The position numbers and the translations under genes are program-made. The notes below the pieces were generated by a model. That model did no database searches and was not told the DNA's origin. It saw only the letters and a program-made list of their open reading frames with translations. Positions 51,052-61,799 of a DNA stretch of 64,000 bases are shown here, piece by piece (within the stretch, counting starts at the first letter, position 1; each line of letters starts with the position of its first letter). The DNA comes from Thermodesulfobacteriota bacterium (GTDB taxonomy: Bacteria > Desulfobacterota_D > UBA1144 > Nemesobacterales > JAJCZQ01), in assembly GCA_965203965.1 (NCBI GenBank), contig CBDBDR010000017.1, positions 768,001-832,000 on the forward strand, given 5' to 3'.

Positions 51052-52961
51052 AAAAAATAGGAAGGCGAAACAGAAATAAATCTCTCTATGGAAAAAATAC
51101 AGGGAATAAGTGGAGGATTTATATTTCTGCTTTGGTTATTTCTCTATTGTTTATAGGCATAGGCTACAAGGCATTCACATTACAGGTAATAAACCGTGAC
51201 AAACCACTCAAGTTTGCACAAAAGCAACACTATGGTTCATTCACACTGCCAGCAAGACGAGGCGACATTCTTGACAGGAATAACACGTATCTTGCCACCA
51301 GTATTGAAACTGATTCTGTTTACATAAGACCGAGACAAATTCAGAAACCTAAAAAATTTGCTAGACAAGTATCCCAAAATACCAATCTAAAATACGATGC
51401 AGTACTTAACCTTTGTCTATCAAACAGACCTTCTGCCTGGTTGAGCAGGCTTGCAGATGAGGATACGATAAATCAATTAAAGAAACTGAACATTGAAGGT
51501 GTTGGTTTTTTAAAGGAACCGAAAAGAGTTTATCCGAACGGGCACTTGCTTGGGCAAGTGCTTGGATTTACTGATATAGACTCAAAGGGCATTGAGGGAA
51601 TAGAGTATTATATGGATAGCGTATTAGCGGGCAACCCTCTAAAAATACAGTTCAAGAAAGACGCTAAAAGAAGGCAGATACTAAACAAACCTGTTAATAT
51701 TGATTCAACCAGTGGTTCTGAAATACAACTTACTATTGACTCTAAGATACAGAATATAGTAGAAAATGAACTCAAAAATGGAATTATCAAAAACGGCGCA
51801 GAAAGCGGGATGGCAGTTGCTATGGATCCCAACACGGGACAAATTCTTGCTATGGCTTCCTACCCATTTTTTAATCCCAATAGATTTACAGAATTTCCAG
51901 AGCAGTTTATAAGAAACTCTCCAATCTGGCACCTGTTCGAACCAGGTTCAACATTGAAAATATTTCTTGTTGCAGCAGCTATTGAAGAAGGCGTAGCAGA
52001 ATCTCATTCAACATACCACTGCGAGAACGGAAAGAGAAAAATCGGTTCAAAGATCATAAGAGATATACGTCCACACGATACACTAACTGTTTCCGAGACA
52101 GTTCAGGTGTCCAGTAACATATGCGCATCCAAAATTGGAGAAAAATTAGGAAAAATAAATTTTTACAACTACTTGAAGGACTTTGGTTTTGGCAAAAAAT
52201 TAGATGTAGATCTACCCGGAGAATCCACCGGCATACTTTTAAGCAGCAGTAAGTGGGGACCGATAGAACTTGCAACAATTTCCTTCGGACAGGGAATCGC
52301 CGTAACTTCACTACAACTTGCCTCTGCTCTATCTGCAATTGCCAACGGTGGGTACCTGATGAAGCCTTATATAGTCAACAATGTAATATCACCGGATGGC
52401 ACTATATTTGAACAAAAAAAACCAGAAGTATTAAAAAAAGTGATTTCCTATGATACAGCTATAGAGTTAAGTTCCATCCTATATAGCGTCGTGGAAAATG
52501 GAACCGGGAAAAAAGCGAGGATCAAGGGTTATAAGGTCGCCGGAAAAACTGGCACTGCACAAATACCGGATCTCAAATTAGGAGGTTACCATAAAAACAA
52601 ATACAACTCATCTTTCATAGGATTTGCTCCGGTATATGACCCTAAGATCACATTGGTAATAGTAGTGAACAATCCAAAGAAGAGCATCCACGGAGGTTCT
52701 GTGGCAGCACCTATTTTCAGAGCTATTTTAGAAAAGACTTTACTTTATCTTGGAGTCCCAACAAACAACGATTTCATCGGCTCAAAACTTATGCCTGATT
52801 TAACTGGGAAAAGTAAAAGAGAGATATTAAGGTGGGCAGAGAATACAGGGGTGAATGTAAAATTTAAAGGGAGTGGATTTGCAGTTAACCAGTTTCCAAA
52901 AGTGGGAAAGCTTATTGGTGATAATACTGTCTGCTCTCTGGAATTAAAACAGGATATATAA
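51048..52961 (+). CDS. ftsI: Peptidoglycan transpeptidase FtsI/PBP3 with C-terminal PASTA domain
   Basis: RRGDILDRN, EPGSTLK (SxxK), SSN, KTGTAQ and a C-terminal MPDLTGKS PASTA domain. Confidence 0.93.
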   Translation: MKKIGRRNRNKSLYGKNTGNKWRIYISALVISLLFIGIGYKAFTLQVINRDKPLKFAQKQHYGSFTLPARRGDILDRNNTYLATSIETDSVYIRPRQIQKPKKFARQVSQNTNLKYDAVLNLCLSNRPSAWLSRLADEDTINQLKKLNIEGVGFLKEPKRVYPNGHLLGQVLGFTDIDSKGIEGIEYYMDSVLAGNPLKIQFKKDAKRRQILNKPVNIDSTSGSEIQLTIDSKIQNIVENELKNGIIKNGAESGMAVAMDPNTGQILAMASYPFFNPNRFTEFPEQFIRNSPIWHLFEPGSTLKIFLVAAAIEEGVAESHSTYHCENGKRKIGSKIIRDIRPHDTLTVSETVQVSSNICASKIGEKLGKINFYNYLKDFGFGKKLDVDLPGESTGILLSSSKWGPIELATISFGQGIAVTSLQLASALSAIANGGYLMKPYIVNNVISPDGTIFEQKKPEVLKKVISYDTAIELSSILYSVVENGTGKKARIKGYKVAGKTGTAQIPDLKLGGYHKNKYNSSFIGFAPVYDPKITLVIVVNNPKKSIHGGSVAAPIFRAILEKTLLYLGVPTNNDFIGSKLMPDLTGKSKREILRWAENTGVNVKFKGSGFAVNQFPKVGKLIGDNTVCSLELKQDI

Positions 52962-54445
52962 TGAAAGTAATTGAGATTGTTGAAAACATCAACTACTCCA
53001 GCATGGTCGGCAACCCGCAAAATGAAGTGACGGGTATAACTTCAAATTCAAAAGAGGTGCAAAAGGGGTATATGTTTTGTGCAATCAAGGGCAATAACTT
53101 TGATGGTCACATATTCATTGATTCTGCAATTCAAAAAGGGGTGTCTGCAATACTTTTGGAAGACATCCCCTTTGAAATACCAGAGAGTGTTACTTATGTA
53201 AAGGTGAAAAGTACGAGGGAATACACTCCCTTTATAGCTTCAAACTACTACTTTAACCCTTCTAAAGGAATAACACTGGTAGGTGTTACCGGAACAAATG
53301 GAAAAACTACTGTTACAAATATAGTGGATGCTATTTGGAAAAATGAAGGCAGAAAGACGGGTATTACTGGAACTATTGAAAACAGGTATGCCGGTAAAAG
53401 AATAAGTTCGGTTATGACAACCCCCGACTCAATTGATCTTGCCAAACTGTTATCCGATATGAGACAAAGCAATGTGGACGCGGTGTGTATGGAAGTATCG
53501 TCACACGCCATGGATATGAACAGAGTTGACGGATGTAATTTTGATTGTGCAGCATTTACAAATCTGTCCCCGGATCACCTTGATTACCATGCTTCAATAG
53601 ATAACTATTTTAACGCAAAAAAAAAACTCTTTACCAAAACGTTAAAAAATAGTGTCAAGAAAAATAAATTTGCAGTGATCAATGCCGATGACCACTACGG
53701 CAAATTGATACTTGGAGAAACAGGAGAGCAGAAGGTGGTTACTTATTCATTGCTGTCAGATGATGCAGATGTGCATGCCTCAAGACATGAAATAACACCA
53801 AAGGGCATAGGCGCAGACCTGATAGTTTACGGGAAAAAGCTGGAAATAAAATCGAACTTAATAGGTGTCCACAATCTCTACAACATACTTGCCGCAACGG
53901 CTATAACTTCTGGTCTTGGCGCTTCACTATCCTGCATTAAATCTGCAATATCCAGCAACATAACAATCCAAGGCAGACTTGAAAAAATTGTAAACAACGC
54001 CGGTTTTGAAGTCATTGTGGACTACGCTCATACACCTGACGCACTTAAAAACACTCTGATCACACTGACTACACTGAAAAAAAGCAAGATTATCACAGTT
54101 GTTGGATGTGGTGGAGACAGAGATAAGACTAAAAGACCTCAGATGGGTAAAATAGCAGGGCAGTTCTCCGACTATGTGATCCTTACCTCTGACAACCCAA
54201 GATCAGAAGACCCTGAGAAAATAATTAGCGAAATTGAAAATGGAATTAAAAATTTATCTTGCCACAGGAATAACTACACAAAAATCGTGGACAGAGAAAA
54301 AGCCATAAAAAAATCAATAGAACTTGCAGGAAAAGATGACATTGTGCTAATAGCCGGCAAGGGACATGAAAACTACCAAATCATAGGGAACAAAAGACTT
54401 GACTTTGACGATAAGGAAGTCGCCAGAAAATTTTTAGAGAATTAA
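52961..54445 (+). CDS. murE: UDP-MurNAc-dipeptide--meso-DAP ligase MurE
   Basis: GVTGTNGKTT, MEVSSH, DYAHTPD, DNPR (meso-DAP specificity) and AGKGHE. Confidence 0.96.
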   Translation: MKVIEIVENINYSSMVGNPQNEVTGITSNSKEVQKGYMFCAIKGNNFDGHIFIDSAIQKGVSAILLEDIPFEIPESVTYVKVKSTREYTPFIASNYYFNPSKGITLVGVTGTNGKTTVTNIVDAIWKNEGRKTGITGTIENRYAGKRISSVMTTPDSIDLAKLLSDMRQSNVDAVCMEVSSHAMDMNRVDGCNFDCAAFTNLSPDHLDYHASIDNYFNAKKKLFTKTLKNSVKKNKFAVINADDHYGKLILGETGEQKVVTYSLLSDDADVHASRHEITPKGIGADLIVYGKKLEIKSNLIGVHNLYNILAATAITSGLGASLSCIKSAISSNITIQGRLEKIVNNAGFEVIVDYAHTPDALKNTLITLTTLKKSKIITVVGCGGDRDKTKRPQMGKIAGQFSDYVILTSDNPRSEDPEKIISEIENGIKNLSCHRNNYTKIVDREKAIKKSIELAGKDDIVLIAGKGHENYQIIGNKRLDFDDKEVARKFLEN

Positions 54446-54452
54446 ACAGAAA

Positions 54453-55823
54453 ATGTTTGAACAAAAATTTATTACAGAATCAACGGGCTGCAGAGTAATG
54501 GTAGGCAAGCAAGACAAATGCTTCAAAAATATATCTATTGACAGTAGAAGAACGTTTGCAGGCGATCTTTTTATTGCTATAAAAGGAGAGCATTTTGACG
54601 GACATGATTTCGTCAACGAAGCTCTTGAAAAAGGGGCAGAAGGTGTAATTGTGGAACATATTCCCAAACACCTTAATATTAAAGGTGAACAGTCCGTAAT
54701 GAGGGTTAATTCCACTGTTGAAGCACTGGGTAAAGTCGCAAGCGCTTGGAGAAATCGTTTCAAAGATCTGAAAGTTGTCTGCATCACTGGTACAAGTGGT
54801 AAAACAACAACTAAAGAAATAACTGCTGGTATTCTGTCAGTGAAAAACAAAGTGTTAAAAACCCCGGGTAATTTCAACAATAATCTGGGACTGCCACTGA
54901 CGCTGCTCAAATTAAATAACAACCACCATGTCTGTGTTGCCGAGATCGGAATGAATGACTTTGGCGAGATTAGGAGTCTGACTGAAATAGCAGAACCGGA
55001 CATTGGTGCAATAACAAACATCGGCAGAGGACATCTAGAAAAAATGCTGACCATTGAAGGTGTGGCAAAAGCAAAGGGAGAATTGGTTGAAAAATTTAAT
55101 AGAAACAATGTCTTTATTGTAAATTTGGATGATCCTTACATCAGCAAGATCGCAGACGGATTAAACTGCCCTCAAATAAGCTATAGCCTAAAAAATAAAA
55201 ATGCCGACATACATGCCGAAAATACAAAATGCAACGGAATTGAATCCATCAGCTTCAATCTGGTTATAAAAGGTGTATTTGCGTCTACAAGAATAAAGGG
55301 TATTGGCACGCACAATGTTATGAACGCTCTCTGTGCTTCCGGCATAGCATATTCCCTCGGATACCCCGCGGATGATATAGCCGAAGGTATTCTTAGGTAT
55401 AAGCCCATGAGCATGAGGATGGAGGTAATAGAGACATCTTACGGGTTTAAAGTCATTAATGATTCGTACAACGCCAATCCCAATTCACTGGCAAGTGCCC
55501 TTACGGAACTATCAAAGTTGAAAAATGACAACAAGTTGATAGCAGTGCTTGGCGACATGCTTGAGCTTGGAAAAAACAGCAGTGAAGAACATAGAAAAAT
55601 TGGTAGATACATGAAAAAGCTAAATATAGATTTAGTTATAACCTATGGCGAGCAATCAAGATTTATAAATAAAGAGATTGAAGATGAAATAGAGACCTTG
55701 CATGTCAAAACACATGAGGAGGCTGCCATGTATCTCATGGAAAAAGCAAAAGACAAGGATTTTGTATTGCTGAAAGGCTCAAGGGGTATGCAGATGGAAA
55801 ATACAATGAGGTTTTTATATTAA
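54453..55823 (+). CDS. murF: UDP-MurNAc-tripeptide--D-Ala-D-Ala ligase MurF
   Basis: ITGTSGKTTTKE, NFNNNLGLP, DSYNANP, GDMLELG and LKGSRG. Confidence 0.96.
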   Translation: MFEQKFITESTGCRVMVGKQDKCFKNISIDSRRTFAGDLFIAIKGEHFDGHDFVNEALEKGAEGVIVEHIPKHLNIKGEQSVMRVNSTVEALGKVASAWRNRFKDLKVVCITGTSGKTTTKEITAGILSVKNKVLKTPGNFNNNLGLPLTLLKLNNNHHVCVAEIGMNDFGEIRSLTEIAEPDIGAITNIGRGHLEKMLTIEGVAKAKGELVEKFNRNNVFIVNLDDPYISKIADGLNCPQISYSLKNKNADIHAENTKCNGIESISFNLVIKGVFASTRIKGIGTHNVMNALCASGIAYSLGYPADDIAEGILRYKPMSMRMEVIETSYGFKVINDSYNANPNSLASALTELSKLKNDNKLIAVLGDMLELGKNSSEEHRKIGRYMKKLNIDLVITYGEQSRFINKEIEDEIETLHVKTHEEAAMYLMEKAKDKDFVLLKGSRGMQMENTMRFLY

Positions 55824-55826
55824 ACT

Positions 55827-56939
55827 ATGCTCTATTTTCTATTTTATTTAAAAGACCACTTTATTCTATTTAATGTATTCAAATATATCACTTTCCGCTC
55901 ATTTGGAGCGGGAATTACTGCGTTTTTAATTTGCATATTTCTTGGTCAGAAATTCATAGATTTCCTGAAGAAAAAACAGTTCAAGGAAAATATAAGGAAA
56001 GATGGTCCATCTTCACATCTATCCAAGGCGGGTACTCCCACAATGGGTGGCACGTTCATCGTTTTTGCCGTTGTAATTTCAACAATTCTGTGGATAAACA
56101 TAAGTAATATGATAGTGATTTTGGCACTTCTTTGTATGATCAGTTTCTCACTTATTGGCTTGTTTGATGACTGGTTAAAGCTTACAAGGAGCAATGGAAT
56201 GCGCGCAAAGGTTAAATTTTTACTGCAGATGGTGGCCGGTTCCATCTTAATTATTCTTTTGCTCGCAGTGCAAAAAGATGGTTTTACAATGTCTTCCGGA
56301 GGTTATGAAAGCACCGTTTATCATTATAACTCGGTCGTATTACCTTTTCTTAAAAAAGCCGTTATAAATCTCGGGATTTTGTATATTCCATTTGCTCTTT
56401 TTGTGGTGGTTTCGTCCTCAAATGCCGTTAATCTCACTGATGGACTTGACGGTTTGGCAATAGGTGCAACTGCAGTTGCAACCTCAACCTATATTATTAT
56501 TTGCTACATTTCAGGTAACTCCGAATTTGCAAACTACCTGCAGATACCATACATACCGGGGGGAGGTGAATTAGCAATTTTCTTGTCTGCAATGGGCGGG
56601 GCGTGTCTGGGATTTCTCTGGTATAACTCTTACCCTGCGCAGGTTTTCATGGGTGACGTGGGCTCCTTGTCTCTGGGTGCATCGATCGGTTTTTCTGCAA
56701 TTATAATCAAGCAGGAATTGCTTTTAATAATCATCGGCGGACTTTTTCTAATTGAAGCGATATCTGTAATCCTTCAAGTAGCATCGTTCAAATTAACAGG
56801 GAAGAGAATTTTTAAAATGGCTCCCCTACATCATCACTTCGAGTTAAACGGGTGGCCCGAATCAAAAGTGGTAATAAGATTCTGGATAATGTCAATAGTG
56901 CTGTCTATTATGGCGCTTGCAACATTAAAGTTGAGATAA
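55827..56939 (+). CDS. mraY: Phospho-N-acetylmuramoyl-pentapeptide transferase MraY
   Basis: KAGTPTMGG, NAVNLTDGLDGLA, VFMGDVGS and MAPLHHHFE. Confidence 0.97.
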   Translation: MLYFLFYLKDHFILFNVFKYITFRSFGAGITAFLICIFLGQKFIDFLKKKQFKENIRKDGPSSHLSKAGTPTMGGTFIVFAVVISTILWINISNMIVILALLCMISFSLIGLFDDWLKLTRSNGMRAKVKFLLQMVAGSILIILLLAVQKDGFTMSSGGYESTVYHYNSVVLPFLKKAVINLGILYIPFALFVVVSSSNAVNLTDGLDGLAIGATAVATSTYIIICYISGNSEFANYLQIPYIPGGGELAIFLSAMGGACLGFLWYNSYPAQVFMGDVGSLSLGASIGFSAIIIKQELLLIIIGGLFLIEAISVILQVASFKLTGKRIFKMAPLHHHFELNGWPESKVVIRFWIMSIVLSIMALATLKLR

Positions 56940-56941
56940 AA

Positions 56942-58267
56942 ATGGACAAAACCTCAAAAAAATACCTTGTTGTCGGATTGGGAAAAACTGGGATTGAAAC
57001 CATAAAATTCCTTAAAAACAGAGATATAAATGTAAGAGGTTGTGATATATCCTCCACGGATAAACTGCCGATTGAAGTGAAAGATTTGTCTGGAGCCGGA
57101 GTCCAAATTGAGTTTGGATGTCATTCAGACAATTATCTGAATTGGTGTGATGAGGTAATAATCAGCCCCGGAGTCAGCTTAAACACCCCCTTTATATTAA
57201 AAGCAGTCCAATTAAACAAGAGAGTGGTCAGTGAAATAGAACTTGCATACCAATTCATAGAAAAACCCATTATTGCAATTACGGGTACAAATGGAAAAAC
57301 CACTACAACAAGTTTAATAGGTGAGATTCTTTCCCGTTCCGGCTACAAGGTTTTTGTCGGTGGAAATATAGGAACACCGATCATCTCAGTTGCAGACTAC
57401 TGCTCGGACTATGACTTCATTATACTGGAGGCAAGCAGTTTCCAACTGCAAGCAATTGACAGATTCAGACCTTACATCTCCATATTCCTCAATCTATCCC
57501 CTAATCACTTGGATCACCATAAAGATTTTAATGAATATTTCATGGCGAAGATGAATATCTTTAAAAACCAGACCGAAAATGACTGGGCAATCATCAGCAC
57601 GGACAATGAATTAATTAAAGACAATCTTTCAGACATTAAGGCTAAAAAAATTTTTTTTGGAAACAAGAGCAGAGAATTATTCATCGTTGGTAACGATATT
57701 GTCTCATTCAGAAATGATAAATTTGACTTGAGCGGTTTGATGCTCAAGGGATTGCATAATCTGCAGAATGCAACGTATGCAATAGCCGCTGCAAAGCTAA
57801 TAGGATGCGATAATAATACAATTGAAGACACAGTTAAGAAATTCAAACCCCTCCCCCACAGGATTGAATACATAGGTAATCATCACGGGCTTGAGGTCTA
57901 TAACGATTCAAAATCCACAAGTCCCGATGCAGCGGCGAAGGCCATTGAGAGCGTTTCATCACCCGTAATACTTCTTGCAGGTGGCAAGGACAAGAGAATA
58001 GACTATTCAGTTATGCAAGGGGCTTTAGATAACAAAGTAAAGCATTTAATACTTTTCGGTGAAGCAAAGACAAGGATGCAAGAACAGTTTGGAGAGTCTG
58101 TCCGTACAACGATAGTGAACAATTTAGACGAAGCAGTTAAAACAGCCTTTTCTATCTCCGTTGACAACGACACGCTGCTTTTCTCTCCAGCATGTTCCAG
58201 TTTTGATATGTTTAATTCGTATGAAGAAAGAGGAGAGGAGTTTAAGAAAATTGTTAAGAACACATAG
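56942..58267 (+). CDS. murD: UDP-MurNAc-L-Ala--D-Glu ligase MurD
   Basis: GLGKTG, SPGV, ITGTNGKTTT, NDSKST and SPACSSFD; start moved to ATG 56942. Confidence 0.95.
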   Translation: MDKTSKKYLVVGLGKTGIETIKFLKNRDINVRGCDISSTDKLPIEVKDLSGAGVQIEFGCHSDNYLNWCDEVIISPGVSLNTPFILKAVQLNKRVVSEIELAYQFIEKPIIAITGTNGKTTTTSLIGEILSRSGYKVFVGGNIGTPIISVADYCSDYDFIILEASSFQLQAIDRFRPYISIFLNLSPNHLDHHKDFNEYFMAKMNIFKNQTENDWAIISTDNELIKDNLSDIKAKKIFFGNKSRELFIVGNDIVSFRNDKFDLSGLMLKGLHNLQNATYAIAAAKLIGCDNNTIEDTVKKFKPLPHRIEYIGNHHGLEVYNDSKSTSPDAAAKAIESVSSPVILLAGGKDKRIDYSVMQGALDNKVKHLILFGEAKTRMQEQFGESVRTTIVNNLDEAVKTAFSISVDNDTLLFSPACSSFDMFNSYEERGEEFKKIVKNT

Positions 58268-59363
58268 CACCATCAAAAATAAATACGATTTTCCACTGCT
58301 TTTATCGGTAATTTTTATATCATTCTTCGGTTTATTGATGGTTTACAGCACAAGTTCCATTTATGCACTCGGAGTTCACAATGACTCTCTAAAATTTTTG
58401 AAACTTCACTTGATCTACCTCACATTGGGACTTTCTTCAATGTTTGTTTTTATGCACTTGGATTACAGGGTCTTGAGAAAATTTGTTTACCCCGCTTACA
58501 TAATATGCTTGATACTGCTTATAGCGGTACTCATTCCCGGTGTAGGAAAAAAAGTTGGAGGAGCTCAAAGGTGGCTGGATCTGGGGCCGGTAGCTTTTCA
58601 ACCTGCTGAACTCGCTAAGTTTGTCATAATCCTTTACCTTGCCTATTCACTTGATAAAAAAAGTAACAGGATAGACAGTTTTTCCGTTGGATTTTTATCT
58701 CATCTAATCACAGCAGGAATATTTATCGTGCTGATCTTTGTAGAGCCAGACTTTGGTACCTCCGCAACCATAGCCATACTTTGTATCTTCATGATGTTTA
58801 TCGGCAATGCAAAGATTAAACATATTTTAATCATGTCCGCCACTGTAGCAGTCTTTACATTTTTTGCTGTATCAACAAAAGGCTACAGAATGAATAGGCT
58901 TCTTTCATTTCTTGCTCCTTGGGAAGATCCTTTCGGAAAAGGATATCAAACGATTCAGTCTTTTATCTCTCTCGCATCGGGAGAAATTTTGGGGACTGGT
59001 TTGGGTAATAGCTCTCAGAAGTTGTTTTTCCTACCCCATGCTCACACAGATTTTATATTTTCAATAATAGGAGAAGAGCTTGGATTTATAGGCATAGCTT
59101 GCTTGATTTTGGCTTTTTTATTCATTTTATGGAGGAGCATAAGAATTGCTATAAAATCCCCAGATAAGTTCGGCTGCTACCTTGTATGCGGTTTTGCCTT
59201 ACTTATTGCAATTCAGGCTTCAATAAATATGTCCGTGTCTGTTGGCTTACTCCCGACAAAGGGAACAACTTTACCATTTATAAGTTATGGAGGCAGTTCA
59301 CTTGTTTGTTGTTTAAGCGCAATGGGAATAATACTTAATGTATCTAGGTCTAAAGTAAAATGA
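58251..59363 (+). CDS. ftsW: Peptidoglycan polymerase FtsW (SEDS)
   Basis: GAQRWL, FQPAELAK, EPDFGT, LPHAHTDFIF and LPFISYGGSS; probable TTG start at 58251 after AGGAGAGGAG. Confidence 0.93.
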   Translation: MLRTHSTIKNKYDFPLLLSVIFISFFGLLMVYSTSSIYALGVHNDSLKFLKLHLIYLTLGLSSMFVFMHLDYRVLRKFVYPAYIICLILLIAVLIPGVGKKVGGAQRWLDLGPVAFQPAELAKFVIILYLAYSLDKKSNRIDSFSVGFLSHLITAGIFIVLIFVEPDFGTSATIAILCIFMMFIGNAKIKHILIMSATVAVFTFFAVSTKGYRMNRLLSFLAPWEDPFGKGYQTIQSFISLASGEILGTGLGNSSQKLFFLPHAHTDFIFSIIGEELGFIGIACLILAFLFILWRSIRIAIKSPDKFGCYLVCGFALLIAIQASINMSVSVGLLPTKGTTLPFISYGGSSLVCCLSAMGIILNVSRSKVK

Positions 59364-60448
59364 GAATAATAATTGCAGGTGGAGGAACTGGGGGACATAT
59401 ATTTCCCGCACTCGCAATAGCGGAAGGTATTAAAAGCAGGTCTGCAAAAAATGAAATACTTTTTGTAGGAACAAAAAACGGTTTGGAAAATGAAATAATA
59501 CCAGCAATGGGGTTTAACATGCAGTTCATAAATTCAGCAGGATTTGTTGGCAAGGACATGGTAAACAAGATCAAAGCAATTATCACTGCATTGGAAGGCA
59601 TTTTGTTATCATTGAAGATTATAAGAACATTCGAGCCGGATGTGGTTTTAGGAGTCGGAGGATATGCTTCAGGTCCAACCGTGCTTTGTGCACGTTTGAA
59701 GTCCATTCCAACTGCTATATGCGAACAGAACACTGTGCCGGGAATGACAAATCGTATTTTATCTAGATTTTCAAACAAAATATTTTTAACTTTTCCCGAT
59801 AGCGCCAAATACTTCACTAGTGAGAAAACTATTGTCACGGGAAACCCACTGAGATCCAATTTCAAAAGGCAAAACAGCTACGAAACTGGAAAAGACAGAA
59901 GAAAAGTAATATTTGTTATGGGTGGCAGTCAAGGTGCTGGTAGTCTTAATAGGATTACTCCACCGGCACTATCAAAGGTTGATATAACCAAACTGGAAAT
60001 ATTTCATCAAACAGGAAAAAAGGATGAAGAATCAGTTAAAAAAGCCTATAAAGAACTCAGTCTGGATTCAAATGTCTTTAGCTTTAGAAGCGATATCATG
60101 GAAATTTATAAAAAAAGCGACTTGATAATTTCAAGATCCGGTGCAGGAACAATATCAGAGATCACTGCAATGGGCAAAGCATCCATACTTATTCCTTTCC
60201 CTCATGCGGCTCACAATCATCAGTTGCTTAATGCGAAATCTATGGAGAATGCAGGTGCGTCCATAATTATTGAGGAAGATTCACTTGACGAAATCAATCT
60301 ATCAGATCAGATAAACTATATTTTCAAAAGTGGTAAACTGCAAAGTATGTCGGAGGCATCTTTGAAACTGGCAAAACCTGAAGCTACAAACATTATAGTT
60401 GAAGAACTATATTCTCTGGCAGGCGAACGTAATGTACGGAAAGATTAA
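59360..60448 (+). CDS. murG: Lipid II GlcNAc transferase MurG
   Basis: AGGGTGGH, GGYAS, EQN, GGSQGA, SRSGAGT and HQLLNA. Confidence 0.96.
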   Translation: MRIIIAGGGTGGHIFPALAIAEGIKSRSAKNEILFVGTKNGLENEIIPAMGFNMQFINSAGFVGKDMVNKIKAIITALEGILLSLKIIRTFEPDVVLGVGGYASGPTVLCARLKSIPTAICEQNTVPGMTNRILSRFSNKIFLTFPDSAKYFTSEKTIVTGNPLRSNFKRQNSYETGKDRRKVIFVMGGSQGAGSLNRITPPALSKVDITKLEIFHQTGKKDEESVKKAYKELSLDSNVFSFRSDIMEIYKKSDLIISRSGAGTISEITAMGKASILIPFPHAAHNHQLLNAKSMENAGASIIIEEDSLDEINLSDQINYIFKSGKLQSMSEASLKLAKPEATNIIVEELYSLAGERNVRKD

Positions 60449-61799
60449 AAAAATACATTTTGTGGGAATTGGTGGAATTGGAATGAGTGGTATAGCTGAA
60501 GTGCTCAGCAACATGGGATATGAGATTTCAGGATCAGATCTGAGCGAATCAGTCACAACAAAAAGACTTGAAAGCCTTGGCATCAAGGTAAGCATAGGTC
60601 ACTCACCCGAGAACATACTCAAGAGCGACGTCGTAGTAAGATCATCTGCCGTCAAGGACGATAATGAAGAGATTTTATCAGCCCATGACAATGACATTCC
60701 TGTGATACAAAGAGCTGAAATGCTTGCCGAGATCATGAGGTTAAAATACGGGATCACTATCATGGGAAGTCATGGAAAAACAACAACAACATCGCTTGTA
60801 TCAACCGTTCTGAGGCAGGGGAAATTTGATCCAACCATCGTTGTCGGCGGAAGAATAAAAACACTTGGATCAAATGCTCACCTGGGAAAAAGTAACTTTA
60901 TGGTAATTGAAGCCGATGAAAGCGATGGCTCGTTTCAAAAGCTCTCTCCCATCATCACGGTTCTTACCAACATTGACGATGAACACCTTGATTACTATGA
61001 AAATATAGATAATTTAGTCGTCGCCTTTTCTAATTTTATAGAAAAAATACCTTTTTACGGAATTGCAGTACTTTGCACAGACTGCCCGCGGGTCAAACAT
61101 CTTGCTTCAAAATACAATAAAAGATTTATTACCTACGGCTTGGGAAAAGAGGCGGATATTCATCCGGATAATATAAAAACTCATGGCTTCCATACTAAAT
61201 TTAACGTCTTTTATAAAGGCAGCAATATGGGAGCGGTGGAGCTTAATGTTCCGGGCAAACACAACGCCCTAAACTCACTGGCAGCAATCGCCATCGGCTT
61301 CGAATTTGGAATGAGCTTTGAAAACATTGTAGATGGCTTGAATAACTTTGAAGGAATAGACAGAAGGATGCAACTCAAGGGAATAGTAAATGATGTATTA
61401 ATAATTGATGATTATGGTCATCATCCAGTTGAAATAAAGGCAACAGTTGAATCAATTGAGGATTCCTTTTCAAAAAAGCCGGTGGTCATATTTCAGCCCC
61501 ATCGTTTTACGCGAACAAATATGCTCTTTAAGAAATTTGTCAATGTTCTGGGCACAATTGAAAACCTTTATGTTCTTGACATATACCCAGCAGGGGAAAA
61601 ACCCATAAACAGTATTACGTCGGAAAAATTAGTAGATGAAATAGTAAAGTCAGGAAATAACAGCGCCCAGTATATAAGAGACAAAAAAGAACTGCTTGAA
61701 AAAGTAAAAAACAGCGTTGTCCCCGGAGATATAATACTGACTTCCGGCGCAGGCAATGTATGGATGCATGGAGAGGAACTATTAAAAGCACTACAATGA
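60432..61799 (+). CDS. murC: UDP-MurNAc--L-Ala ligase MurC
   Basis: HFVGIGGIGMSG, GSHGKTTTT, EADESDGSF, DDYGHHP and FQPHRFTR. Confidence 0.96.
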   Translation: MYGKIKKIHFVGIGGIGMSGIAEVLSNMGYEISGSDLSESVTTKRLESLGIKVSIGHSPENILKSDVVVRSSAVKDDNEEILSAHDNDIPVIQRAEMLAEIMRLKYGITIMGSHGKTTTTSLVSTVLRQGKFDPTIVVGGRIKTLGSNAHLGKSNFMVIEADESDGSFQKLSPIITVLTNIDDEHLDYYENIDNLVVAFSNFIEKIPFYGIAVLCTDCPRVKHLASKYNKRFITYGLGKEADIHPDNIKTHGFHTKFNVFYKGSNMGAVELNVPGKHNALNSLAAIAIGFEFGMSFENIVDGLNNFEGIDRRMQLKGIVNDVLIIDDYGHHPVEIKATVESIEDSFSKKPVVIFQPHRFTRTNMLFKKFVNVLGTIENLYVLDIYPAGEKPINSITSEKLVDEIVKSGNNSAQYIRDKKELLEKVKNSVVPGDIILTSGAGNVWMHGEELLKALQ